39,469 bases of DNA from an uncultured Bacteroidales bacterium (GTDB lineage Bacteria > Bacteroidota > Bacteroidia > Bacteroidales > P3): assembly GCA_947179195.1 (NCBI GenBank), contig CAMXAS010000001.1, positions 1-39,469 of the forward strand, read 5' to 3'. Positions within the stretch are counted from its first letter, which is position 1, and each line of letters begins with the position of its first letter. Both the position numbers and the translations under genes were made by a program. The notes under the pieces were generated by a model, which had not been told where the DNA came from, did not search any database, and saw only the letters and a program-made list of their open reading frames with translations. Below are positions 1 through 8,316 of this stretch, piece after piece.

Positions 1-215
1 ACGACACAGACGATGGCCGCCACCCGGCAAGCCAAAACCAGACGGCGGCGCAGTTGCCGCTGCCGCTTGTGCCGCTGTTGCGCCTGCTGCAAGGCCGCCA
101 CGTGCGGGAAATAGACCGTCTTGTAACGTTTCCAATCGAACAGATGGAGCAGGATGGGCACGAGTACGAACGCCCAACCCCATAGAAATTCCGGATGTAC
201 AAACGAGACGTGCAT
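1..215 (-). CDS. BatA-like (aerotolerance-type N-terminal double-transmembrane domain) protein; 5' part only, runs off the window start
   Basis: Manual translation from the ATG at 215-213 (minus strand) gives MHVSFVHPEFLWGWAFVLVPILLHLFDWKRYKTVYFPHVAAL... The F-x-x-P-x-FLW...VPIL-x-HL pattern is typical of BatA/TIGR02226-type N-termini. The frame stays open to the window edge. The start lies 16 nt downstream of the aroC stop. Confidence 0.55.
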   Translation of the reverse strand, partial: MHVSFVHPEFLWGWAFVLVPILLHLFDWKRYKTVYFPHVAALQQAQQRHKRQRQLRRRLVLACRVAAIVCV

Positions 216-230
216 CGCCGGAGGTTATTT

Positions 231-1304
231 TCATCGACGGGCCAACCACATATCGGCCGCCGTCAGGGCCGCCATCGCCTCCACGACCGGCACCGCCCGC
301 GGCACACAGCATACGTCGTGCCGACCGCCCGCGGTCTGTTCGCGCAAGCCGTCCCGCTTATGCCATACCGTCATCGGCTGTCCCAAGGTCGCAATCGGCT
401 TGAACGCCACGCGGAACCAAACGTCCTCGCCCGTGCTGATGCCGCCGCGCACGCCGCCGCAACGGTTCTGCGCCGTATGCAACACGCCCTTGCCGTCCAT
501 TTCCGTCCAAGCGTCGTTATGCGCGCTGCCGCGCATGGTGGCCGCGGCAAAGCCCGCCCCGATTTCAAATCCGCGCGCGGCGTTGATGCCCATCATCGCG
601 GCCGCCAGACGCGCCGTCAGTTTGTCGTATATAGGTTCGCCGCAGCCTTTGGGCAGTCCGCGGATAAGGCCGCAGACACAGCCGCCCACCGTGTCGCCCT
701 CGGCCGCACAACGCGCCAGTTCCGCCTGCATGGCGGCCGCGGCGGCCGGTGACGGACAATACAGCGGGCTGTCATAGACCCGCGTCAAATCGTAGGCGGT
801 ATAAGGGGCTTCGCAACAGGCCCCGCCTATCCGTTCGGTATAGGCATATACGCTCACACCGGCCTCCGCGAGGAAACACTGCGCCAACGCACCGGCCGCC
901 ACGCGCGCGGCCGTCTCCCGCGCCGAAGCCCGCCCGCCGCCGCGCGCATCGCGACAGCCGTATTTCGCCTCATACGTATCGTCGGCGTGCGACGGACGGT
1001 AAACGTCCGCCAAGGCGGCATAGTCCGCGCTCCGCGCATCGGTATTCTCTATCAGGAACGCGATGGGCGTGCCCAACGTCTTTCCTTCGTATATACCGGA
1101 AAGGAAACGCACTTCATCGGCCTCGCGCCGCGCGCTCGTACCGGCCATGTCCGGATTGCCCGGCCGCCGACGCGCCATGACCGTCTGCACGAAAGCCGTA
1201 TCGACGGGCACGCCACCCGGCATACCGTCCAGCACCCCGCCTATCGCCGCGCCGTGCGACTCGCCGAAAGACGTAAACCGCAAATATCGCCCGAACGTAT
1301 TCAT
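231..1304 (-). CDS. aroC: Chorismate synthase
   Basis: I trimmed the track ORF 231..1382 to the internal ATG at 1304 (MNTFGRYLRFTSFGESHGAAIGGVLDG...), giving 357 aa. The SFGESHG N-terminal signature and the GGISTGED motif are present. The 26-aa upstream extension is Arg-rich and not chorismate-synthase-like. Confidence 0.93.
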   Translation of the reverse strand: MNTFGRYLRFTSFGESHGAAIGGVLDGMPGGVPVDTAFVQTVMARRRPGNPDMAGTSARREADEVRFLSGIYEGKTLGTPIAFLIENTDARSADYAALADVYRPSHADDTYEAKYGCRDARGGGRASARETAARVAAGALAQCFLAEAGVSVYAYTERIGGACCEAPYTAYDLTRVYDSPLYCPSPAAAAAMQAELARCAAEGDTVGGCVCGLIRGLPKGCGEPIYDKLTARLAAAMMGINAARGFEIGAGFAAATMRGSAHNDAWTEMDGKGVLHTAQNRCGGVRGGISTGEDVWFRVAFKPIATLGQPMTVWHKRDGLREQTAGGRHDVCCVPRAVPVVEAMAALTAADMWLARR

Positions 1305-1308
1305 ACCG

Positions 1309-2121
1309 CTAAAGTTTGTCGTATTCCTCGTCGCTGACCGGCTCCAGCCATTCGTTCGAAGCCTCCTCGCCGGGAATTTCAAAGGCGAGGTGCGCGAACC
1401 AGCTGTCGGCGGCCGCCCCGTGCCAATGCTTCACGTTGGCGGGAATATGGATGACCGTCCCCGGCAGGATTTCCACCGCCGGTTTGCCCTCTTCCTGATA
1501 CCAGCCGCGGCCGGCCACGCCTATCAACATCTGTCCGCCCCCCGACGTGGCTTTGTGGATATGCCAGTTGTTACGGCAACGCGGTTCGAACGTCACGTTG
1601 GCAATCGAAACCTGCTCCGCGGAAATCACCGCCAGGTAACTGTTGCCGATGAAATAGCGGGCATAGGCCGCATTCGGTTCGCCTATCGGGAAAATCATCT
1701 CGCGCTGGAAGGCCGCTTTGGCATCCGCTCCCTGTTCGTCCCCGGCCCAAACGTCCTTGGCCAAACGGAACGCCGCCCAGGCTTTCGGCCATCCGGCATA
1801 AAAACCAATGTGGGTGATGATTTCGGCGATTTCGGTACGCGTAATCCCGTTGTTCTTGGCCGATTGCAAATGATATATCAACGAATTGTCCGTGATGCCC
1901 TGGCTGATGAGCGACGTCACCGTCACCAAACTGCGGTCCCGCAAGCCAAGTTTGTCGGTGCGGCTCCACACCTCGCCGAAAAGGACATCGTCGTTCAGTT
2001 CCGCGAACTTCGGGGCGAAGGCGCCCAATTGGTCGCGGCCGGCCGTCTGTACTATCTTTTGCTGTGCCATAACATGAAAGGTTAAAACCGTTAATACTGA
2101 GATTAAAAGAAATCGTTTCAT
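1309..2121 (-). CDS. Secreted fusion protein: carboxymuconolactone decarboxylase (AhpD-like) family domain plus C-terminal cupin domain
   Basis: 270 aa. The N-terminal signal peptide is MKRFLLISVLTVLTFHVMA/QQ. The CMD-like core is ITRTEIAEIITHIGFYAGWPKAW. The cupin motifs are NNWHIH...G and PANVKHWHGA. The stop lies 4 nt before the aroC start. Confidence 0.8.
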   Translation of the reverse strand: MKRFLLISVLTVLTFHVMAQQKIVQTAGRDQLGAFAPKFAELNDDVLFGEVWSRTDKLGLRDRSLVTVTSLISQGITDNSLIYHLQSAKNNGITRTEIAEIITHIGFYAGWPKAWAAFRLAKDVWAGDEQGADAKAAFQREMIFPIGEPNAAYARYFIGNSYLAVISAEQVSIANVTFEPRCRNNWHIHKATSGGGQMLIGVAGRGWYQEEGKPAVEILPGTVIHIPANVKHWHGAAADSWFAHLAFEIPGEEASNEWLEPVSDEEYDKL

Positions 2122-2177
2122 TGTGTTTTTATTATTGCTTATCCATTCAAGCCACCGGCTTCCGAATGTAAAGATAC

Positions 2178-2208
2178 AAAAAAAGCTCTACCCATTGCTG
2201 GATAGAGC
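2178..2208 (-). terminator. Rho-independent terminator downstream of rpsT
   Basis: The minus strand reads GCUCUAUCCA-GCAA-UGGGUAGAGC, a 10-bp stem with one G.U pair and a GNRA tetraloop. A U7 run follows directly (A7 at 2178-2184 on the plus strand). Confidence 0.8.
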
Positions 2209-2250
2209 CCCAAAAATCATTATGAAAACAAAAAACTCTAAATCGAATAA

Positions 2251-2526
2251 CTATTTCGCGGCTTCAGCGGGCGCGGACAGTTTAGCGGCTTTCATCATGA
2301 TCTGCGATTTGAGGTTCGCAGCCTTGTTCTTGTGAATGATATGATGCTTAGCCAAACGATCCACCATGGAAACCATCGTGGAAGTCTTAGCCTTCACTTC
2401 GTCAACCGACGTCAAAGCTCTAAAATCTCTCAACGCGTTACGCATCGTCTTGGCATAATAACGGTTATGCTCTCTCTTGGTCTCCGTCGAACGAATCCGC
2501 TTTATGGATGATTTGTGGTTTGCCAT
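2251..2526 (-). CDS. rpsT: 30S ribosomal protein S20
   Basis: 91 aa: [33 protein letters not shown]..., the typical S20 N-terminus and basic composition. Confidence 0.95.
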   Translation of the reverse strand: MANHKSSIKRIRSTETKREHNRYYAKTMRNALRDFRALTSVDEVKAKTSTMVSMVDRLAKHHIIHKNKAANLKSQIMMKAAKLSAPAEAAK

Positions 2527-2551
2527 TACTCTTTACAACATTTATGTTTTG

Positions 2552-2626
2552 TAGCCCGTAGGGGATTCGAACCCCTGATTTCAAGAATGAAAATCTTGCG
2601 TCCTAGGCCAACTAGACGAACGGGCC
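2552..2626 (-). tRNA. tRNA-Glu (anticodon UUC)
   Basis: Hand-folded cloverleaf on the minus strand: GGCCCGU UC GUCU AGUUGGCCUA GGAC G CAAGA UUUUCAU UCUUG AAAUC AGGGG UUCGAAU CCCCU ACGGGCU A. It is 75 nt with a G1.U72 pair and no encoded CCA. Confidence 0.9.
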
Positions 2627-2642
2627 AGCCTTAAAGGGAGTG

Positions 2643-2673
2643 CAAAGGTACAACTTTTTTTCGTATCTGCAAT
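2643..2673 (-). promoter_or_regulatory. Candidate Bacteroidota sigma-A promoter for tRNA-Glu (and probably rpsT)
   Basis: The minus strand has ATTG-N19-TACCTTTG. The -7 box at 2643-2650 fits TAnnTTTG. The -33 element is only TTG. The box ends 16 nt upstream of the tRNA 5' end. Confidence 0.45.
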
Positions 2674-2768
2674 ATCTCTCCCCAAATTTTTATCTCTTTT
2701 TCCGGATGCCGCACGGTTGACTCTTATCAAACACAATGATAATCAATCAACAGCAAACGCATCCCCGC

Positions 2769-3461
2769 CTACTTCTTATTGGCGGCAATGGCCAACAGGA
2801 TGCCCAAAACGACACCCAACAAGGCGGCGAACAAAACCTGCCATTGCGGCGGCAATAGGAACGTAACCGTATGCGCGGGAATCCAGAACAGCGGAATCGT
2901 CTTCTTGAAGACGAAATTCCATTGCACGTCCCAGTTCAGGTTCGCCAAAATACGGCTGAACGGTATCGGCGTGACCAAGGCTTTCAGCCGGCCGCCCTGC
3001 TCGAGGATATGCGTGTCGCTGACCTTGTGCAGCAGCATGAACACCGGCGCGAAAGCCGTGTTCTGCATCAACGAAATGGCGAACGCCCCGCCGAACTTGG
3101 TCCAGCTCAGGCCGCCCTGCATGGCCGCCGCCACCGCGCCGTCGGTACAGAAAACGGTATCGCACAGCACGGGCACGCCCTTGCCGAATATCCGCATGGC
3201 CATGACAATCCACGCGCCGAGAAAGCCCCATACAATCATGCGCGGCCACAGCCCGAAGCCCTTTTCATAATAGTGCCCCGTGCGCAAACGCAACGCGATG
3301 ACTTCCCCGAACGTCGATAATACGGCGAACTTGACGAAACCGGAGAGCACCGGCATCTTGGCGTTGGCTTCGAAATAGAATGCCTTGACGCCGTCTATGA
3401 AGAAAAAGGGGCATAGCGCAAGGCATGCCCCTATGATCATCCACCAATCCTGCTTTTTCAT
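2769..3461 (-). CDS. Integral membrane protein, possibly Mpv17/PMP22-like
   Basis: 230 aa with several hydrophobic segments. The C-terminal WIPAHTVTFLLPPQWQVLFAALLG stretch resembles the Mpv17/PMP22 W-P-x-x-x-x-x-F-x-x-V-P-x-x-x-R-V-L-F motif, but I judged this by eye only. The start codon abuts the stop of the upstream synthetase gene (3462). Confidence 0.6.
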   Translation of the reverse strand: MKKQDWWMIIGACLALCPFFFIDGVKAFYFEANAKMPVLSGFVKFAVLSTFGEVIALRLRTGHYYEKGFGLWPRMIVWGFLGAWIVMAMRIFGKGVPVLCDTVFCTDGAVAAAMQGGLSWTKFGGAFAISLMQNTAFAPVFMLLHKVSDTHILEQGGRLKALVTPIPFSRILANLNWDVQWNFVFKKTIPLFWIPAHTVTFLLPPQWQVLFAALLGVVLGILLAIAANKK

Positions 3462-5519
3462 TTACTTCTGAATTCGGATTCTGGCATCCACGGCCACCAC
3501 CTGTTTGGCGTTGCCCAAGAGCGGGTTGATGTCCATTTCCTGTATTTCGGGCGCCACGGCCACGAGTTTGGAAAGCGATTCCACGACCTTGGCGAACGCC
3601 TCGATGTTGACGCCTTCCTGCCCGCGCACGCCCTGCAACATCTTATACCCTTTCAGACGTTCTATCATGCCCTTGGCCGCCTTGGCCGTCACGGGCGCCA
3701 AGCCGGTCTGTACGTCTTTGAGCACTTCGATGAAGATACCGCCCAAACCGCACAGGATCATGTGGCCGAACTTGGGTTCATACTTGACGCCGGCAAAGAT
3801 TTCCATACCCGAAAGCATCGGTTGCATCAGAATGGCCGTCGTGTCCTTGATTTTAATCATGCGCTCGAATTCGGCCTTCACGGTGGCGGCATCCTTGACG
3901 TTGAGCACAACGCCGCCCACATCCGACTTATGCACGGGGCCCACGACCTTCATCACGAGCGGATAGCCGAGTTTTCCGGCCGCCGCCACCGCCGCATCCG
4001 CCGTATCGACCACGGCTTCACCGGCACGCGGCACGCCGCACGCATCCAGCAGGATTTGAATTTGGTCGGGCGCCAGATAGCCGTCCGGATTGTTTTCTAT
4101 CACCTTGCGGATGGCCGCCTGATCGACGCCTTCGAGGCTGACCGTGTCGGTATCGGGCGCCGGCGTATGGAACACGCGGCCCAAAGCCGAACCGAAAACG
4201 ACCTCATCCTGGAAATTGATACGGTTCTTGCCCAAGAATTCCTCCAACTCCTCGCGGGCCGTCACCACGGCCGGCAGAATCGGGTAAATCGGTTTCTTGG
4301 CATGTTTCATCTTTTCATCCAACAGACGGTAAACGTCGAAGATGCGCACTAGGCCCGGCGTACCGAAGATGACGGCCATCGCGTCCACCTCATCGAAATC
4401 GTTGTCGCAGGCGTCAATAATCTTGCCGAGATGTTCGGCCGTGCCCGTGGCCAAAAAGTCAATCGGGTTGGCGACGGAGGAACCGGGGAACAGCTGTTCC
4501 TTCAACGGCTGCGCCTTGACCGGGTCGATTTTAGGCACGTTCAGTCCGGCTTTCGACAAGGCGTCGGTCAGCATGACGGCCGGACCGCCGGCGTGCGTGA
4601 TAATCGCGATGTTCTTGCCTTTCAATTCCGGATGTTGGAAAATGGAAGCCACCGTCATCAAGTCCTGACGGCCGTAGCAACGCACGATACCGGCCTTGCG
4701 GAACAGGGCGTCCACGGCCACGTCCGACGAGGCCAACGCGCCCGTATGCGAAGAGGCCGCCCGCGAACCGGCTTCGGAAGAACCGGCCTTGACGGCGGCT
4801 ATCTTACAGCCTTTTTTAATAAGCGACTGGGCGTGTTTGAGCAACTTTTGCGGGTTGCGGATATTTTCTATATACAGCAGTTTGACACGCGAACTCGTCG
4901 CGGGATCGAACGTCTCGTCCAAATGCTCCAAAATCTCCTCAACGCCCAACTGCGCCGAATTACCCACGGTGAATACGTTGGCGAAACGCAAGCCGGCCGG
5001 GATGGAGGCTTCGAGGATGAAAACGCCCGTCGCGCCGCTGCCCGTGATGAAGTCGCAACCCTGCGGGTCCAACTCCGGCATAGGGCCGGAAAAGATGCTA
5101 CGGTGGTAAGGCGTCAGAATCCCCGTGCAGTTGGGGCCTATCAAGGCCGCGCCCACCTCGTTGCAATAACCCACGATTTTATCTTCCAGCACCTTGCCTT
5201 CATGGCTTTCCTCGCCGAAACCGGCCGAGATAATGATGATGGCGCGCGTGTTTTTTTGCTTCGTGAGCACTTCCACGGCATCCGGCGCATATTTGGCCGC
5301 GATGGCGATGACGGCCAAATCCACTTCCGGCAATTCCGATACGTTATGATAGCAGTGGATACCCTGTATCTCGTCTTCTTTCGGGTTGACCGTATATACC
5401 TGCCCGCTGAACTTGCCGTCCAGAATGTGTTTCAGCACACGGCCGCCCGGTTTGGAAATATCGTTGGACGCCCCGACGACGACGATGGATTTCGGTTTGA
5501 ATAATGCCGGATTGATCAT
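3462..5519 (-). CDS. ADP-forming (NDP-forming) acetyl/acyl-CoA synthetase, fused alpha-beta type
   Basis: 685 aa. The N-terminal CoA-binding fold is KSIVVVGASNDISKPGG. The phosphohistidine loop is ASSHTGALASSD. The C-terminal part is an ATP-grasp region (GYPLVMKVVGPVHKSDVGGV). Confidence 0.9.
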   Translation of the reverse strand: MINPALFKPKSIVVVGASNDISKPGGRVLKHILDGKFSGQVYTVNPKEDEIQGIHCYHNVSELPEVDLAVIAIAAKYAPDAVEVLTKQKNTRAIIIISAGFGEESHEGKVLEDKIVGYCNEVGAALIGPNCTGILTPYHRSIFSGPMPELDPQGCDFITGSGATGVFILEASIPAGLRFANVFTVGNSAQLGVEEILEHLDETFDPATSSRVKLLYIENIRNPQKLLKHAQSLIKKGCKIAAVKAGSSEAGSRAASSHTGALASSDVAVDALFRKAGIVRCYGRQDLMTVASIFQHPELKGKNIAIITHAGGPAVMLTDALSKAGLNVPKIDPVKAQPLKEQLFPGSSVANPIDFLATGTAEHLGKIIDACDNDFDEVDAMAVIFGTPGLVRIFDVYRLLDEKMKHAKKPIYPILPAVVTAREELEEFLGKNRINFQDEVVFGSALGRVFHTPAPDTDTVSLEGVDQAAIRKVIENNPDGYLAPDQIQILLDACGVPRAGEAVVDTADAAVAAAGKLGYPLVMKVVGPVHKSDVGGVVLNVKDAATVKAEFERMIKIKDTTAILMQPMLSGMEIFAGVKYEPKFGHMILCGLGGIFIEVLKDVQTGLAPVTAKAAKGMIERLKGYKMLQGVRGQEGVNIEAFAKVVESLSKLVAVAPEIQEMDINPLLGNAKQVVAVDARIRIQK

Positions 5520-5539
5520 AGCCTGATGGTTTTAATGCG

Positions 5540-6616
5540 TTAGCAATACACTTTGGCGGTCAGTTCGCCCTGATGCAGCATCAAGGCGTTCATGGCCAAG
5601 GCCTTCATTTCGTCTTCGCCCGGATAAACGGCCACGGGCGCAAGGAACGACACCTTCTCTTTCAACGATTCCACGAACGGTTTGCCGTAAGCGATACCGC
5701 CCGTCACCAAAATGGCGTCCACCTTGCCTTTCAACACCGTCGCCATCGCGCCGATTTCCTTGGCCACCTGATAGACCATGGCTTCCTGGATCATCGCGGC
5801 TTTGGCGTCGCCGTCCTTGGCTTTCACTTCCACATCGTAGGCATCGTTCGTATTCAGATAGCCTACGTAACCGCCCTGACCGCAAATCATCTTCTTGAGC
5901 TGCGCCAACGTGTATTGGCCGCTGAAGCAAGCCTTGATGAGCGAGCCCACGGGCAAGCCGCCGGAACGTTCGGGCGAGAAAGGCCCGTCGCCGTCCAGCG
6001 CGTTGTTCACGTCGATGGCCTTGCCCTTGCAGTGCGCCGCCACGCTGATGCCGCCGCCCAAGTGGGCCACGATCAGGTTCAAATCCTCGTATTTCTTGCC
6101 GTTTTCCTTGGCATATGTCCGCGCGATGGCCTTTTGGTTCAAAGCGTGGAAAATCGAAATCCGTTCGAAAGCCGGATGGCCCGAAATACGCGCCACTTCC
6201 TGCAACTCATCCACGACCACCGGGTCGGCGATATAGGCTTTCGCCCCGATTTGCGCCGCCAAGTCGGCCGCTATCAAACCGCCCAGGTTGCTCGCGTGTT
6301 CACCCTGAACGCCCTTGCGCAAATCGGCCAGCAAGGCGTCGTTCACCTCATAGATGCCGGAAGCGATCGGCTTGACCAAACCGCCGCGGCCCACGATATA
6401 GCTGATGTCGTCTATGCCAATGCCCTCTTCTTTCAGCACTTTCAGAATCACATTCTTGCGGAACTCGAACTGGTCGGCGATTTTCTCGAACGGCGCCAAC
6501 TCCTCGGAGGAGTGCTTGAGGTTTTTCTGAAAGACATTGTTCTCGCCCTCGAAAAGCGCGATTTTGGTGGAAGTCGATCCCGGATTAATCGTCAGGATCT
6601 TTACGGTCTTTGACAT
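5540..6616 (-). CDS. buk: Butyrate (short/branched-chain acyl) kinase
   Basis: 358 aa. MSKTVKILTINPGSTSTKIALFEG... is an ASKHA-fold acetate/butyrate kinase N-terminus. Length and the IVAHLGGGISV motif fit butyrate kinase. Confidence 0.9.
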   Translation of the reverse strand: MSKTVKILTINPGSTSTKIALFEGENNVFQKNLKHSSEELAPFEKIADQFEFRKNVILKVLKEEGIGIDDISYIVGRGGLVKPIASGIYEVNDALLADLRKGVQGEHASNLGGLIAADLAAQIGAKAYIADPVVVDELQEVARISGHPAFERISIFHALNQKAIARTYAKENGKKYEDLNLIVAHLGGGISVAAHCKGKAIDVNNALDGDGPFSPERSGGLPVGSLIKACFSGQYTLAQLKKMICGQGGYVGYLNTNDAYDVEVKAKDGDAKAAMIQEAMVYQVAKEIGAMATVLKGKVDAILVTGGIAYGKPFVESLKEKVSFLAPVAVYPGEDEMKALAMNALMLHQGELTAKVYC

Positions 6617-6655
6617 GACGGTTAAATATTTTGGTTTGTACTCGTTAATTCAGCC

Positions 6656-6695
6656 TAAAACAAATAGAGCACTTACTTTTTAGGGTAAGTGCTCT
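6656..6695 (-). terminator. Rho-independent terminator downstream of tRNA-Pro
   Basis: A perfect 11-bp inverted repeat, AGAGCACTTAC (6666-6676) and GTAAGTGCTCT (6685-6695), with an 8-nt loop. On the minus strand it is followed by AUUUGUUUUAGG. Confidence 0.75.
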
Positions 6696-6702
6696 GATTC
6701 TG

Positions 6703-6776
6703 TCGGGATGACAAGATTCGAACTTGCGACCACACGCCCCCCAGACGCGTACTCTACCGGACTGAGCTACATCCCG
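6703..6776 (-). tRNA. tRNA-Pro (anticodon GGG)
   Basis: Hand-folded cloverleaf: CGGGAUG UA GCUC AGUCCGGUA GAGU A CGCGU CUGGGGG GCGUG UGGUC GCAAG UUCGAAU CUUGU CAUCCCG A. It is 74 nt, has G37 3' of the anticodon, and has no encoded CCA. Confidence 0.9.
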
Positions 6777-6791
6777 AACGCTAAATCGGTG

Positions 6792-6823
6792 CAAAAGTAG
6801 ATTTTTTTTCTTTAAAATCCAAA
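6792..6823 (-). promoter_or_regulatory. Bacteroidota sigma-A type promoter for tRNA-Pro
   Basis: The minus strand reads TTTG (6823-6820), N20, TACTTTTG (6799-6792). This is an exact fit to the TTTG-N19-21-TAnnTTTG consensus. The -7 box ends 15 nt upstream of the tRNA 5' end. Confidence 0.6.
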
Positions 6824-6832
6824 TCGGCCCCT

Positions 6833-7498
6833 TTAAGCCAATTCCGCCAACAGGCTGATGCCGCTCCGTACGTGTTCCTCCATCTCCACCTTGATTTCGG
6901 CGGTCAGCGGCAGGAAGATATCGACGCGCGAGCCGAATTTGATGAAGCCCAACTCCTGACCGCGCAACACCTGCTCGCCCACCTTGGCGTAGGAAACGAT
7001 ACGGCGCGCCAGGGCGCCGGCAATCTGCCGCACGAGGATTTCCGCGCCGGATGCCGTGCGCAACACCACCGTATTGCGTTCGTTCAACGTGGAGGACTTG
7101 GGATGCCAGGCCACGAGGTAACGGCCCGGATGATACTTGCGGTAAACGACTTCTCCGCCTATCGGATAACGGTTCACGTGCACGTTGGCCGGCGACATGA
7201 AGACGGAAATCCGGATGCGTTCGTCGTCGAAATATTCGGGGTCCTTGACCTTGGCGATGTCCACGACCACGCCGTCGGCCGGCGCCACGACACAGCGGTC
7301 GGTATGTTCCGGGTATTCCCGGTTCGGCATCCGGAAGAAACACACGATGAGCCCCCACAGCAGGAAACACAGCGTCCAGCCGAGGGCGATGCACCAGCGC
7401 GTATCACAGAATATATTGATGGACAATCCTATCGCCACGAACGTCACCCCCGTCCATATGATGATGCCGCGTCCTTCCCTGTGTATTTTCATAAACAT
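6833..7498 (-). CDS. psd: Phosphatidylserine decarboxylase proenzyme
   Basis: I trimmed the track ORF 6833..7765 to the ATG at 7498 (MFMKIHREGRGIII...), giving 221 aa. There is an N-terminal TM segment and the self-cleavage site FGSRVD. The removed 89-aa extension is Arg/Gly-rich and lies inside cdsA. Confidence 0.9.
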   Translation of the reverse strand: MFMKIHREGRGIIIWTGVTFVAIGLSINIFCDTRWCIALGWTLCFLLWGLIVCFFRMPNREYPEHTDRCVVAPADGVVVDIAKVKDPEYFDDERIRISVFMSPANVHVNRYPIGGEVVYRKYHPGRYLVAWHPKSSTLNERNTVVLRTASGAEILVRQIAGALARRIVSYAKVGEQVLRGQELGFIKFGSRVDIFLPLTAEIKVEMEEHVRSGISLLAELA

Positions 7499-8316
7499 AT
7501 AATTTGTAACAGCACGGCGGCCGGCGCGGCCAACAGTATGCTGTCGAAACGATCCAATATGCCGCCGTGGCCACCCAACAGCGTGCCGGAATCCTTGATA
7601 CCGGCCTGACGTTTGTAATGCGACTCGAGCAAATCGCCCAAAACGCCGACCACGGCCACCACCGCGGCGAAGGCCGTCAAAAGCGATACCGACAAATTGT
7701 TGCAGAGCGCCCACACCACGCCCGCGACAATCGCCGCGCAGAAACCGCCGCACGCGCCTTCCCAACTCTTGGCCGGCGATATGCGCGGCGCCAGCTTATG
7801 CCGTTTCTCCTCGCGGAACGAACTGCCCACCACGTAGGCGAACACATCGTTGGCCCATACAATAATGAATAAGGGCCACAGCAAGTCCGCGCGCCGCAGC
7901 CACACGAGCAAGGCCAAAGGCAAGGCCACATAGACGGCCGCCCACAGCGACCAGCCCAAACCGGCAGCCGTTATCGACACCGGCTCACGGTTTTGCCTTT
8001 CCTGCACCATGCCGAGCGCCAGCCCCAATAGGCCGACCGCCACGGCTATCGCTATCGTCCACACCGTCGGAAAGCCCGACAGCGCCAAGCCGCCGCCTGC
8101 ATAGAGCGCGCCGCCCGCACCATAAACCAACCAGGCTTTCACACCCCGGCCGCTTCCGGCAAACAATTGACGGATTTCATACAAGCCGATGGCCGCCACC
8201 AAGCCGAACAGCCCGAACACGGTCCATGCCCCGAGTTCGATGCTCAAGCCCACGGCCAAAACGACGCCCAGCCCAATCAGACTGCGGTTGCCTATTTTCT
8301 GAAATTTCGCACTCAT
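7489..8316 (-). CDS. cdsA: Phosphatidate cytidylyltransferase (CDP-diglyceride synthase)
   Basis: I trimmed the track ORF 7489..8646 to the ATG at 8316 (MSAKFQKIGNRSL...), giving 275 aa. The protein is polytopic and carries the signature SHYKRQAGIKDSGTLLGGHGGILDRFDS. It overlaps the psd start by 10 nt. Confidence 0.9.
   Translation of the reverse strand: MSAKFQKIGNRSLIGLGVVLAVGLSIELGAWTVFGLFGLVAAIGLYEIRQLFAGSGRGVKAWLVYGAGGALYAGGGLALSGFPTVWTIAIAVAVGLLGLALGMVQERQNREPVSITAAGLGWSLWAAVYVALPLALLVWLRRADLLWPLFIIVWANDVFAYVVGSSFREEKRHKLAPRISPAKSWEGACGGFCAAIVAGVVWALCNNLSVSLLTAFAAVVAVVGVLGDLLESHYKRQAGIKDSGTLLGGHGGILDRFDSILLAAPAAVLLQIICL

Noticed and set aside
2123-2335. A 70-aa plus-strand ORF across the rpsT 3' region.
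   Set aside because: It runs antisense through the rpsT terminator and coding sequence. The translation is AT-rich and low complexity. It is spurious.
7499-7765. N-terminal extensions in the track for psd (to 7765), cdsA (to 8646), aroC (to 1382) and ugd (to 14748).
   Set aside because: The extensions are Arg/Gly-rich, run into the upstream gene or promoter region, and precede internal ATGs that give canonical N-termini (MFMKIHREG, MSAKFQKIG, MNTFGRYLRF, MKITIVGTGYVG). I trimmed all four.
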